DNA of 63,801 nucleotides, filler included, from Trichodelitschia bisporula (GCA_010356995.1; 4 parts of 4 records of this genome joined end to end with filler, not necessarily neighbours in it), one strand, 5' to 3'. Positions 1-12,115 are shown, counted from the first letter of the whole stretch. The notes: generated by a model not told the origin, from the letters alone. Translations and numbers: made by a program.

Positions 1-860
1 GGGAGGGTGATGGGATGGGGGATAAGGAGGAGTGAGAAGGTGAGGGTGCGGTGTGGTTTAGCGCCCAGCTGCTTTGCTCCTTAGAGTAATCAGTGTGGAA
101 GCGCCCGGTGAAAAGCGATAAGCCAGGTAGGTGGTATATAGTTCTAGTTCAGACAAGTAATCCAACCCCCCCCACCCCCCCCCGCAATTTCCCATCTCGC
201 CATGCACTCGTCAATGAATACGTCGCTGCTGAAATTCCAGTGCAAGTCGTATCTGCCTGCTAGCATCGCTAGCTTTGGTGGTGAAAGTCCGGCCGTATGA
301 AATGCGAAGTACACCCCTTCCCAAAGCGGAAGGAAGCGACTACCGGCATCTCAGGGATTCCGCAAGGCCGACTTGGCGCGGCGACGCGGGAGACGGGCCG
401 GGTCGGGGCGGGCCGATTTGACCTGGCCGTGGCCGTGGGGCGAGAGGAGGAATATGATGGCAGCGGACTCGCGCGCGTCTTTTGCCCTGTAGGGTACCGT
501 AGGCAAGGCATTAGATATCAACTCATACCAGGTCGGCTCTGTAATCAGATTGTACAACGCTCTCCGCGCACCGACGCAGCGTGCCAGCGAACAAGCGAAC
601 AACGTGAGGAAAAGCCGAATACCGGTTGAAGAATGGTCACTGGCAAAGTAACGCCTTGAGGGATAATCGTGATGCCGAAGTGCATATCCTGTATGCCTAT
701 GCCCCATTGCCTTGGAAAAGCTAACTATCTACCCGGCACGATTTGTATACCCGTATGCAGCCGCCGCAAAACGCCATGCTCCGCTGTGCTGATGTACAAA
801 TTACACCCTCCACCCCCCTTCCCCAGATCAACTCCACCTCCCATATACACCCTCTCTCCA

Positions 861-1453
861 TCACACAAGCCCCACCCCCCTAACCGTCTCCTCACTCCCG
901 CCCACCTCATCATTCACCTCATCCTTCAAGCTCTCCACCACCCCCGGCACAGGCGCCGGCACACTCCCCACACTCCCCACACTCCCCACCATCTTCCCCT
1001 CCACCCCCCCCTTCCCCCTCCCCATCTTCCCCGCCACCCCGCCCTTGAAACTCAACTTCCCGTCTCCGGCACTAGCATCCTTCAACCCATTCTGCTGCGC
1101 AAAATCCTTCCAATTGCGCCAGCCGTCAAAGTCAATCAGCGCCTGCATGCACCCCCACTCCTTGACCTTGCGCTCGAACCAGACGAAGTTGACGGGCTGT
1201 TGCGAAGAAGTGAGCGTTAGCGAACGAGCTTAAAACCACCCCCCTCCCTCACCCCTCAGGAAAGAAGAAGAAACTCACCTTTGTCAAAAAATCATTACAC
1301 CCCGCCGCAAGCGCCTCATGCCGATCACTCTGCAAATTACTCGCCGTAAGCGCCACAATAATAACCGGGCTCTTAAACAAGCGCTTCACATCCTCAAGCG
1401 CATCCCCATCACCCGCCTCATCGCTCCCCGCCCCCTCCTCCCCATCCCCCCCC

Positions 1454-1516
<63 letters not shown>

Positions 1517-3237
1517 ACCCTCACCTGCTGCACCGGCGTTGGCGCCGTACTAAAAGCCCCAATCCGATTAACCCTCTCCAGTCTCCGAATCTCCTTAGTA
1601 GCCTCCAACCCACTCATAATCGGCAACTGTATATCCATCAATACTAAATGAAACCCGCCCTTGCGCCACTTCTCCACCGCCTCCCGTCCATTCACCGCCG
1701 TCTGCCAGCGCACCTTCAACCTGCGTATAAACTGCTCCAAAAGCTTCATGTTGATCATGTTGTCCTCGACGATCAGCACGTTGATCGGCGGGACGCTCGT
1801 ATCCAGCAGCGGCGAGATGGTCAATGCCCCAAGCATCCCCTCCCCGCTACCACCCGAGTGCGTACCCCCCACTTTCCCCCGCCGCCGTTTCCCACCCGCC
1901 GGCGGCCGCTCCGGCACCACCTTTGTCACGGGCGCAGGTTCAACAGCGGGCACCGGCACCGGCGGCGTCGGCAGCGCAGGCGGAACAAGCGGCTGCACCG
2001 GCTTATCCACGGAGCCCACACTATCCAACCTCGGCCTTGTCGTCGGTCTCGGCATAGCAGGCTGCTGCGGCTGGGGTTGGACATTGCTTATCGCAGTCGG
2101 AGAACTCGTGTGTTGCCGCGGATGATTCGGGCGCCTGTGTCGACGGGACCCCGGGGAGGGTAGCGCGGGGAGTTGCCCCGTGGTCAGCACGCTCATGGCG
2201 CGCTCGGGGTGGTGCGGGTGCGGATATGGGTGCGTGGCGTGGGAATGGCGGGAGTCGTGGCTTGTGCTCGTTAGGATGCCGGGACTCACGGCGGGCGGGG
2301 GGCCGGGCGCGGGCATGGGCATGGGCGGGAAATAGTCCGTGCCGGACTCGTGCGGGCGCGTGTCGTCGTAGTTGTAGTAATACGGCGCGGGGGCCGCAGC
2401 AACGGCGTGCACGCGGGGCGAGGCGCGCGGCGTGCGGCGCGCGGGCACATCGATCGTCAGCGCGTCGTCCAGGGTCTGGCCGGCGGGAAAGTAGTGATCG
2501 AGGGTTTGACACAGGGGCTCATCCGGGGCGAGGAGGCGCTCCGTCGGCGCATTGGCCGTGGGCGAAATACGCAGCAGCAGGTCGGGCGCGTCGTACGTCC
2601 GTCCCAACGAGTTGGCAAACTTGCGCAGTATCGCGTCCTTGGCGTCGTCCACGAGGTCGTCTTCCAACACTTGGATCTGCGTCGATGTGCCCCCGGCGCG
2701 CCTGACCCAGACCTTGCGGTGGAGCATGTTCTTTGTCAGGGTGCTTTCGTCGAGGAGGGCGTTTATGACGCGGGTGTCGGAGGGGTGGACGAGGGATTGC
2801 TTGCGTGGGTTTGAGGGGGGGCGGACGGGTGGTGTAGGCGTCGGTGCTTGGAGGGCGAATTTGACGGCTGGAGAGAGGGAGGCGGAGGGGAAGCCTGTTG
2901 CGGAAGGCGAGGGGGTGGGAGGGGAGGCCAGCGTGGTGAGCGGGTGCTTTGTCGGCGGGTTCGGCGCGGGCGGCGCGGGCGGCGCGGGCGGCGCGGACGG
3001 TGGTGTGGACGGGGCGGTTGTAATTGTCGCCAGACTCGACTTTGGATGCTTCGCGCTCGATGGCGACGGGATTAATAATGGTGGTGGAGTTGATGATGGA
3101 AGGGAATGGTGGTGTTGTTGTTGTCGGTGGGGAGATTGTTGGGGCTCGGTTGGCGCGGAGGTAGGGTCGGCTTGGGTGGAGAAGCGGCGGAAAAGCTTGG
3201 TGCGGAGTCTATGCTGAAATTCGGCCATGTTGGGCAT
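861..3237 (-). CDS. SSK1: Two-component response regulator SSK1/SskA/Mcs4 (HOG pathway); exons 3237-1279 and 1196-861
   Basis: Conserved VWVRRAGGTST...DDLVDDAKDAILRKFANSLG block and receiver domain PPINVLIVEDNMIN...HLVLMDIQLP...GCNDFLTK. An intron at 1278-1197 (GTGAGT...CTAAC...CAG) joins in frame to PVNFVWFERKVKEWGCMQALIDFDGWR, the typical SSK1 C-terminus. Start ATG is 3237 or 3228; the 3' end after this motif is less certain. Confidence 0.93.
1455..1516. repeat. 62-nt C homopolymer (poly-G on the SSK1 coding strand, read as poly-Gly)
   Basis: Uninterrupted C run counted directly. Confidence 0.9.
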
Positions 3238-3979
3238 TACGGGGAGGAGATTAGAGAAGCGAAAGGAGAAAAGGGAAGAAAGCGGAGAAGGGAAGAAGAA
3301 GAAGAAGAGCATGCAAAAGAGAGAGAAGAGAGTAAAGGGACGAGAAGAAGATGAAGCTGCAGGAAGGACTGGTGGTGGTGGTGGTGGTTGATGTAGGTAG
3401 CCAAGGGTGATGGTGCTTTGCTTGGAGCTGCCCGCCTCTGCTCTGCTTTGCTCTGCTTTGCTGGGCGCGTTGCTTTGCCTCGCTTCGTGCTTTGCCACAA
3501 GTCACTACTGCACGTCGCGGACGAGCCACAGCTTCGTTGTGCAAGCACAAGCCGGGGCGGAAGATGCGGGGGCTTTTGGTGTGAACTGGGGGGAATGAGT
3601 GGCTGACGGGGGCGGAAGAAGCCACAAACCAAGAGATAATCCTTGACCGTCGGAGATGAAAGTGGGAGTTTGGCGATGTTAGGCCGGGTTGGTGGAGAGT
3701 GAGGTAGAGGTGTAAGAGAGAGAGGGAACGAGGGAACGAGAGGGAGAGATGTTGTTGTTGGGAGAGAAGAGAGGGGAAGAGAAAGAAGGGAAGAGAAAGA
3801 AGGAAGAGAAAGAAGAGAGAAAGAGAAGTGGTCGTCAATTCTCATGCAGACAAGACGTCGGCGAGACGCAGCAGACGATAGTCGGTGACACGGGTATACA
3901 AGGCCGCGGTGGTTCAAGCGGCGGTGCATGGCTTGCAGTACCGGTGCTACTACGTACTGCGGAGTAGGAATATGCATGA

Positions 3980-4034
3980 GATGTGCATGACGATGTGCAT
4001 GAAGATGTGCATGAAGATGTGCATGAAGATATGC
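3980..4034. repeat. 12-bp tandem repeat (GATGTGCATGAA) x~4.5
   Basis: Seen directly. Confidence 0.9.
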
Positions 4035-4147
4035 TTGATAGGATGTGCAACTGTTGGGGCCTCTTTTCCTCTCCCATCGTCTCTTTGCCATCCCTCTCTA
4101 TCGCTTCTCTCTGCCCTTCTGCCTCCTTCCTACGACATTATCTCCCC

Positions 4148-4325
4148 GGAATGCATCGCTAAAAAAGAGACTCTCACTTGAGGAATGCATCGCTAAAAAA
4201 GAGACTCTCACTTGAGGAATGCATCGCTAAAAAAGATACTCTCACTTGAGGAATGCATCGCTAAAAAGGAGACTCCCACTTGAGGAATGCATCGCTAAAA
4301 AAGAGACGCTCACTTGAGGAATGCA
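4148..4325. repeat. 34-bp minisatellite GGAATGCATCGCTAAAAAAGAGACTCTCACTTGA x5 plus a partial unit
   Basis: Five head-to-tail units with 0-2 substitutions each and no spacers. Confidence 0.95.
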
Positions 4326-4613
4326 CCGCACCATACACCAAGAAGCATCGCGTCGCGACAGTCAAGTGTCTCATTCTCCGCATCTCGACTGGCCCTCAAC
4401 AACACACTACCAAATGCAGAGTGCCCAATGCCTACCACCCCCATCACCCCTCGCCTCATTCTTCACCACTCACATCTCGACGATTTACCACCCATCTACC
4501 CACTCACCTTTTGACTATCAGGACTCATCGCCCTATCAAAAATTCGCCGGCACCACCCTACGCAAATCTAGACTTGCACCGCCACGTCAGCCACGTCAGC
4601 CACCTCTACATTC

Positions 4614-4669
4614 GCCACACCACTTGCCACACCACTTGCCACACCACTTGCCACACCACTCGCCACACC
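4614..4669. repeat. 12-bp tandem repeat (GCCACACCACTT) x~4.5
   Basis: Seen directly. Confidence 0.85.
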
Positions 4670-4811
4670 TCCATCGCCAACTCCACCGCGACCCATTCTC
4701 GCACGACGTCTCTCCTCTCGTTTCCGCTGAGACGCTGTACACGCCTGAGGCCGAAACCATCTAGCTGAAAGTATCCAAGTAGACAACTCTTCCCTCCAGA
4801 AGCTCTCCAAT

Positions 4812-5188
4812 CCCACCCACACACCCACACACCCACACACCCACACACCCACACACCCACACACCCACACACCCACACACCCACACACCCACACACCCAC
4901 ACANNNNNNNNNNNNNNNNNNNNNNNNNNNNNNNNNNNNNNNNNNNNNNNNNNNNNNNNNNNNNNNNNNNNNNNNNNNNNNNNNNNNNNNNNNNNNNNNN
5001 NNNNNNNNNNNNNNNNNNNNNNNNNNNNNNNNNNNNNNNNNNNNNNNNNNNNNNNNNNNNNNNNNNNNNNNNNNNNNNNNNNNNNNNNNNNNNNNNNNNN
5101 NNNNNNNNNNNNNNNNNNNNNNNNNNNNNNNNNCACCCACACACCCACACACCCACACACCCACACACCCACACACCCACACACCCAC
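4812..5188. repeat. (CACACACC)n 8-bp microsatellite spanning an assembly gap
   Basis: The same unit lies on both sides of the N run. Confidence 0.9.
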
Positions 5189-5629
5189 CTCCCCAGTGAC
5201 AAGTTAACCACCGACTCCCCGACACCCCCACCGCATTCCATCCAGCACTATACATCCGCACTCGTCTCCCCCCAAACGAACCCAAATTACACCACCCACG
5301 TGACCCCGGCCCGAAAGAGCAATGCTTGCGCCCCCCCCCCCAACCCCGCCGGAACCCTTGCCGCAATCGGCCCCTAAACCACGGGTCCGCGCACCGCACC
5401 TCGGCTCGGGATCTGCGCGCCGTACTCTAAACTTATGAACACCCTTCTATACGCCCATTCCATCATGCTTTCCAGACGCCGTGCTCTACCCGCGGACAAC
5501 CAACCGGGTCTCCTAAAGACTCACCCAGCGTTTTAGTGCAGATATAAGGCAGGCGCACCGGAACCCTCCGCAGCCACCTAATCCACCCCCTCTCACCCAT
5601 TCCAGCGGGCACCTAATCCCTCCATCACC

Positions 5630-7716
5630 ATGGCCGCCGTCCTCCCCCCGCAAACCCCTGCGGCCATCCCAACAACCGCCACAAAAGACCCCCCGCCCTT
5701 CGACCCCACCTTCATCCGCGCCCGCTACGCCGCCGAGCGCGACAAGCGCCTCGCCGCCCGCCCCGAAGGCAACGCGCAGTACAAAGCCATCCACGGGCTC
5801 TTCGACGCCTACCTGGTCGACCCGTACACGCCGCGCACGGAGCGCGATCCCATCTCCGAAGATCTCGATTTTCTAGTCCTGGGCGGCGGATATGGCGGAC
5901 TGTGTCTTGCGGCGCGGCTCGTCGAGGCCGGGATTGCGGATATGCGGGTCATTGACAAGGCGGGTGATTTTGGCGGGACGTGGTACTGGAATCGGTATCC
6001 GGGCGCCGCGTGCGATATCGGTGCGCTGATGTCCCCGGGTTCAAATATTTCTTGGCACTGACCCGCGAGACAGAGAGCTACGTGTACATGCCCCTCCTCG
6101 AAGAAACGGGCTACATCCCGAGCGAGAAATACGCCAAGGCCCCCGAGCTCCTCGCCCACGCCGCGCGCATCGGCCGGCACTTCGGCCTGTACTCGCGCGC
6201 GCTGTTCCACACGGAGGGGCGCGACCTCGTCTGGGACTCGGACATCAGCCGCTGGATCGTGACTACCGACCGCGGCGACACGCTGCGCGCGCGCTTCGTG
6301 GCTACGGCGAGCGGCCCGCTAAATATGCCGAAGCTGCCCGGTGTGCCTGGGATCGAGTCCTTCGCGGGCCACAAGTTCCACACCAGTCGGTGGGACTACG
6401 GGTACACGGGCGGGGATGGGTATGGGAATTTGGAAGGGTTGAAGGATAAGCGTGTGGGCATTATTGGCACGGGCGCGACGGCCGTGCAGGCGGTGCCGCA
6501 TCTCGCGGCGGCCGCTAAGGAGCTCTTCGTGTTCCAGCGCACCCCCTCCTCGGTCGGCGAGAGGAATAATCGCCCCACGGATCCGGAGTGGGCGGCCAGT
6601 CTGACGTCCGGGTGGCAAAGGCGCAGGATGGATAATTTCTTGTCTGTACTTGGCGGTGCCGTGGACCAGGAGGATTTGGTGGGGGATGGGTGGACGGCGT
6701 TTGCGCGGTGGATGCGCGAGCACGGCGTCAAGCGGGGTCCGGGGATGTGGGCGCAGTACGCGACGCTGCTGGAGCAGGCGGACATGGCGAACATGGAGAA
6801 GATACGGGGACGGTGCTTGCAGGTTGTGCGCGATGAGGCGACGGCGCGGTCCTTGATGCCGTGGTATCGACAATGGTGTAAGCGCCCCTGCTTCCACGAC
6901 GAGTTCCTGGCCTCGTTCAACCGGCCCAGTGTCACGCTCGTGGACACGGATGGCCGTGGCGTGGACCGGATTACGGAGAAGGGCGTCGTGGTGCAGGGCA
7001 AGGAGTACGAGCTCGATTGTCTGATCTATGCGACGGGCTTCGAAGTCGGCACGCGCTACGAACAACGCTCGCATTTTGCGATTCGCGGGGAGGGCGGCGT
7101 GGCGTTGGGGGATTACTGGGCGGACGGCGCGAAGACGCTGCAGGGCTTCTATGCGCGGGGTTTTCCGAACTTATTCGTGGTCTCCACGCTGCAGAGCGGG
7201 TATGCGGCGAATTTCGTGCACATGCTCGAGGCGCAGGGGAGGCATTTGGCGTGGTTGGTGCGTCGGTGCCTCGACCGGGGTGTGGTAAGGCTTGAGGCTG
7301 GTGCGGAGGCGGAGAAGGCGTGGACTGAGGGCATTGTTAAGGGGCAGTATAGGAGTGCGAAGATCCAGGCTGAGTGTACGCCTGGGTATTATAATCTTGA
7401 GGGTACGAAGCAGGATGATGATCGGCAGAGGAGTTTTGGGAATTTTGGGGGGGGACCGCTGGCGTTTGCGCGCTTGCTGGAGGAGTGGAGGGCGAAGGGG
7501 GATATGGAGGGGTTGGAGTTTACGGATGGGGAGGGGGAAAGGGTGGTGTGGAAGGTGGAGAATGCGGAGGTGGAGAAGGTGGAGGTGGAGAAAGCGGGGG
7601 CGGAGAAGGTGGAGAAGGCGGAGGTGGAGCCGGAGAAGGTCCGCGTGGATGAGAAGCTGGACATCGTGGAGAAGGTGCCGGGGCTGGCGCTCAAGATCGA
7701 TGAGGTCACTGTTTAG
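5630..7716 (+). CDS. Type I Baeyer-Villiger monooxygenase (FAD/NADPH; CHMO/PntE-like); intron 6021-6073
   Basis: GGGYGG Rossmann motif, [19 protein letters not shown] restored by splicing (GTGCGC...CTGAC...CAG), BVMO fingerprint [24 protein letters not shown] and ECTPGYYN. Confidence 0.93.
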
Positions 7717-8489
7717 GCTTGTGGTAGCTGATTTCGGCGGAGGACATATGTTCGTGCTTGTATTATTTCACTTTTGTATGGTACTGCTCAGGATTTAGAG
7801 ACGCTCTTGCGAGGGATGCATGTACCATAACTATGTCTGCATGCGATGCCTTCTCAAAGACCGGTACGTGGACGGGTGCTGTTGTAGGTGCCGTTGAGCC
7901 TACCCGGCGCATCTGGCATGATAATGAAAGGAAAGGCTTGATGGACTATGGCTATGATCTGAAGTGAAAGTGAATGATGAAACAGACGAAAGAGAGATGA
8001 GAGAGTCAGAGACGCTCGAGACTAAATACATTGTGGGTGCCTAGTATCCTCCGATGCTCTTTGCTCCCGTCGTGCGTACATTACATCAAGTCCGCCTCTT
8101 GCGGTACGTCCCTTCCCAATACTGATATGCTCCTCCCCACAGTAAGCATAATGCCTTGGTGCTATATATACATCAATGCTTTATACGCCTCAGATATCTG
8201 GAGGTATGATTTTGTCATGCCAGCTCGCGTCCCTCTCCAGTAGCGTTCCAAGTTCCCCGAGAACTCCGTCTCCCGTGTCACACTTGCTCCAGTTACGGGC
8301 GTAAAGGTATACTTCGACACGTCCCTAAGAAGCACGGACAAGGACACAGCAGCAGTAGCGGAAATTTCATGTTTGTTCACCGCTCTAATGGCCCGAATGC
8401 TGCTTCCCAGTTGGAGAAGACCGCGTTCAATCGCACATGAATAAGTAGCTTATTCCCCACGCCCTGGAGCAGCCAGCACGGCCATTCAA

Positions 8490-9734
8490 TCACTGAACCC
8501 TATACCGGGGGTCGGTAAGGTCCTCATGGTTGGCTGGGTCAAAGTGCCATTCGCCGCGTTCGATTCCTGAACCCCGCATGTCGAGGCCCGCAAACCCGGT
8601 CAGTACCTTGAACCAACCACCACCCACGGGCGGCCGCTCCAGCACCGCGATATGGTCCCGGAACACGCCCTGCTGCCACGGGAGCAGCGCAACTGGCTCA
8701 AGATTCGGCCCTGTGCGCAGGACCGGCTCAGGTGCAGTAGGTGGAGCTTGAGGCAATGATGGCGGAGGCTGTGTAACCTCCGAGTCATCATGGATCCCGT
8801 TCTCCGACCCAGCCTCCGCATTTTGCGAGGTGATAACCGGATCCTCCTCCTGCCCCTCAGTATCCGAGACCTCATGCTCCGACCGCCCACCCACAGGCGG
8901 CAAGCGTACAATCGGTCCCCGCCCCGGTCCAAGAATGGCGGGAAGCCAGTGCTCGTATTTGATACCCTGCGGCGGCTCCGTCGTGCCCGGCGCGTTCCAG
9001 AACAATGCCCGCTGGCTCGCTTGACATGCGGTGGGCGAGCCGGGCGTGCGTGTCGTGGGCGCCGGGGGTGTCTGCCAGTGTATCGTCAAGTACTTAATCT
9101 CGTTGGCGAGGCCGGTTGGAGAGTCGTCGTTCGCTGGCGTTGGGGGGGTTGATGGAGCAGGGGGGCGAACGGAGGTGAAGTGTCCCGTCCGCGTATTCAA
9201 CATCGACCGACCGCGGAGGCGCGTGTAGAGCTCCGCCGGGTGTTCCAGCGTGACGTACTTTTGTGGCGACGGGGGCTCGATGGGGATGAGCGGCCCGTCG
9301 TCCTCGAGGCTGTTGGCGTGTACCGCGTGGGCCGGGAAGTCAACGTGGGGGAGAGTCGGAGAGATGGCGCCCGGCAGGTTGGCGACGTGCGTGGCGTTGA
9401 TGATTGCGCCGGTCGCTGGGTGAATGATTGCCACGGCCTCGCGCTGGCGGGGAGTGAGGGAGACGGGCGAACTGGCCATATGGGCGGCGTTGCTGATGGC
9501 CCTGGCCTGACTTAGGGAGGAGAAGACGCCGGGCGGACTGGCTGCTCGTGCGGCGTTGATGGCGGTGGCGGTCGCTGTGTTGATGGTTGCGACGGCCTGG
9601 CCCTGGCGCGGGGAGATGGCGCCGGGCAGACTGGCCACCTGTGCGGCGTTGACAACCTCGCGGGTCGCGGGATTGACAATTGAGATTGCCCGACCCTGAC
9701 GAGGGCGGACAAAGAGGGGCGTAGATTGAGCCAT
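8490..9734 (-). CDS. Hypothetical Pro-rich protein with ~31-aa N-terminal repeats (PRQGRAISIVNPATREVVNAA...)
   Basis: Long ORF from ATG 9734 with internal repeats conserved at the amino-acid level. No known family recognised. Confidence 0.6.
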   Translation of the reverse strand: MAQSTPLFVRPRQGRAISIVNPATREVVNAAQVASLPGAISPRQGQAVATINTATATAINAARAASPPGVFSSLSQARAISNAAHMASSPVSLTPRQREAVAIIHPATGAIINATHVANLPGAISPTLPHVDFPAHAVHANSLEDDGPLIPIEPPSPQKYVTLEHPAELYTRLRGRSMLNTRTGHFTSVRPPAPSTPPTPANDDSPTGLANEIKYLTIHWQTPPAPTTRTPGSPTACQASQRALFWNAPGTTEPPQGIKYEHWLPAILGPGRGPIVRLPPVGGRSEHEVSDTEGQEEDPVITSQNAEAGSENGIHDDSEVTQPPPSLPQAPPTAPEPVLRTGPNLEPVALLPWQQGVFRDHIAVLERPPVGGGWFKVLTGFAGLDMRGSGIERGEWHFDPANHEDLTDPRYRVQ

Positions 9735-10780
9735 GGTAGGTGAAGAGTACCGTGGTATTAGGAGTTTGAAGAGATTGTGTGAATGTGCGGCTGCAGGAGG
9801 AGAAGTGGAGTTCACTTCCAGGTGGTGGGTGAAAAAGGTTGGTTGGTTGAGAGCGGCACTCTCGGGTTGTTTATAGAAAGTGGTGTTTGTTGATGGGGGA
9901 AAATGGTTCTGTGTGGGCGAAGAATGCAAGTTATAGTCTTGGAGTGCTCACACAGCGGAGCACAGGCCCTATTGTAGACGAGTGACTGTTTGCTCACTTG
10001 AGAGCGTGGAAGAGGAAGGAACGCTTATGGTTCAGGTGCCCAAGACTTACGTTTGACTACCTAGGTCCATCCCAAGTCCTTTGGGTCCTTTCCGAATACT
10101 GGTCTCGACCAACACTCTGTACCGTGCGTACAAGTCGGAGGCCGACTCGTTCGAAGGAAGGCTAGCTGAGAAAAAGGCAACTGCGGTTCACTCCAACTTA
10201 GCAGCCATTGATAATTCTCAGGGCCTAAAAGGTCGGCCCCGATGCTTCTCAGTTGGAGATTTGGCAGTGTCTTGCGATCGGAACGTTCGCGGCGAAAGTG
10301 GGATCAGACGAGATGTGTGAGCGCGAAGTCGTAGGGACGAGAAGTGAATCAACACGTCGAACAAACATTGCAACAATAATAGTGGGCCAGAGGAGACGCG
10401 TGTTGTCGACATTCCGTCTCGTCTCTCGCGAGCATTGCATTGAGGTTGTGGTGTTCTTAGGGTTCTGATATCTGGTTCGCGCCAAGCCGGCAAGGCTGAA
10501 CCAGGGTCTCTAGCGTGGGATCTTGCACGGCGCGCCGGGGCCGGCTTCGGCTCGTGCCGGGCCCCACTTTGCGACTTTTTCACATCACATCCCACGTCAC
10601 TCGCACATTTTTGCAAAGGGTATCGTGTTGACTACCTAACCACCTCTGGTCTACGGATGTAGTTCTAGGACTCTAACACTATCGCCCGTCTATGCCCAAA
10701 ATTACCAGAACCAGTTGAAGCGCCTACATTTTCCCTTTCCCCTTGTCAAGTCCACATTCCTCCAAATGTTCCTCAGATTC

Positions 10781-12115
10781 CTAACAACTTGCCACGATGG
10801 GTCGACCGCTTTTCGTTGCGCTCAGTTTGCGGATCTGCATGATACGGTTGAGAGGCCGAACGCATAGTAACTCGCATGGCGCTGGGTCCGATGTTTGGGG
10901 ACCGGACTCGATTGGTACGGGGCTTGGCTCGTCGGGTGGTGTGGGCTCGTCTTGATCGGCGGGGTCCGTTGATTCTGAGGGTTCTGCGTTGTCGTTCTGA
11001 TCGGGGGAGGGGGTGGGGTCTCCAAGCTCCGCGTCTTCGCTGTGCTCGGGGGAGGGCGTGGTCTCTCCATGCTCCGTGTCCTCGCTGTGCTCGAGGGAAA
11101 CCGTTGACCCGTTAGGTACCAGGCCCTCGTTTCCATCGCAAGGGACCGCAAACACCTCAAGCTCAAGGTGTTCATCATCGTCCTCGAACGAGCGTTGCAG
11201 CTCCAGACGCGCAAGACGCTCTTGGTCGAGGTCGCGACCTATCGCATGAAGGTACGTGTTCGCTTCACACCGAACCCTCTCACAATGGGCCTGCCATTGC
11301 TGGCGCTCCCACTCGTTTTTGAAAGTCCAGGGAGACTGAGTGGGGGCCCTGCGCCGCGCCACCCACCGTTCGCTGAAACCACACTGATTTGCCGCGGGCA
11401 CATGGCTGCCATGAGGGTGCATTGGGTGGGGGCCCGTTAGGAGCTGCCGGAGCTGAGCGTCCCGGTTCTGTGCGTCTTGAACGAGTCGGTTGTTTTCACA
11501 GATGAGCCGGTTCTGCAACTCCGGATGGGACGGCATCGTCTGGAATGGCGAGTACTCGCCGCCGGCGTACGGCGAATTCCAGTCGTTGAAGACGGCCAGC
11601 TCGCTGCCGGGCGTCATGTTGATTTGTGTTGTATAGTGCACAACCTGGGGTTGAATTCCGGGGTAGGGTGCAATTGGCACAGGCTGGTTGGGAAATTGAA
11701 GGATAGGGGGGCCATATGAGTACTGGCCGAAACAGGGAATTGAAGGAATGCTGTAGTACTGCTGGCCCGCAAGAGGAGGCAGAGCGGCACTGGGTGAGTG
11801 CTGTCCGACAAAGTGAGGCAGAGGGGCTTGATATAATGACTGGCCTGCGAAGGCAGGCAGAAGGACTCCGTTTGACGGCGTGGACGGCTGGCTGCCGAAT
11901 GAGAGCGGAGGGAGGCTGTCTAACACCTGAGTGTAATTGGAGCCTGTAGTTTCCATGTCCGAGTGCGGACTGGAACAACAAGTCTCAGGCAAAGGCACAG
12001 CGGCGGCCTCGGCTTGCTCTACGTCGCGGGCATTGATCACCTCGCCCGTCGTGGGGTCAGTGATGGGAATGACCTTGCGACCGCGAGGCGGAATAGCAAT
12101 TTCGGGAACGTCCAT
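10781..12115 (-). CDS. Hypothetical Pro/Gln-rich protein with N-terminal PRGRKVIPITDPTTGEVINA motif, a coiled segment and an acidic repeated tail
   Basis: Long ORF from ATG 12115. Its N-terminal motif matches the repeat unit of the neighbouring gene. Confidence 0.6.
   Translation of the reverse strand: MDVPEIAIPPRGRKVIPITDPTTGEVINARDVEQAEAAAVPLPETCCSSPHSDMETTGSNYTQVLDSLPPLSFGSQPSTPSNGVLLPAFAGQSLYQAPLPHFVGQHSPSAALPPLAGQQYYSIPSIPCFGQYSYGPPILQFPNQPVPIAPYPGIQPQVVHYTTQINMTPGSELAVFNDWNSPYAGGEYSPFQTMPSHPELQNRLICENNRLVQDAQNRDAQLRQLLTGPHPMHPHGSHVPAANQCGFSERWVARRRAPTQSPWTFKNEWERQQWQAHCERVRCEANTYLHAIGRDLDQERLARLELQRSFEDDDEHLELEVFAVPCDGNEGLVPNGSTVSLEHSEDTEHGETTPSPEHSEDAELGDPTPSPDQNDNAEPSESTDPADQDEPTPPDEPSPVPIESGPQTSDPAPCELLCVRPLNRIMQIRKLSATKSGRPIVASC

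Noticed and set aside
3238..4091. N-terminal extension of SSK1 to 3498 and ORFs 3237-4091 and 3251-3838
   Set aside because: Non-ATG starts and pyrimidine-rich, UTR-like low-complexity sequence; the first plausible ATG is 3237 or 3228.
4148..4325. 34-bp repeats as a CRISPR array
   Set aside because: Units are head-to-tail without unique spacers, the context is eukaryotic, and there are no cas genes.
4812..5188. CA-rich repeat as a telomere; the WVCGCVGV ORFs as proteins
   Set aside because: The unit is not TTAGGG-like and is internal. The ORFs are translated microsatellite and N bases.
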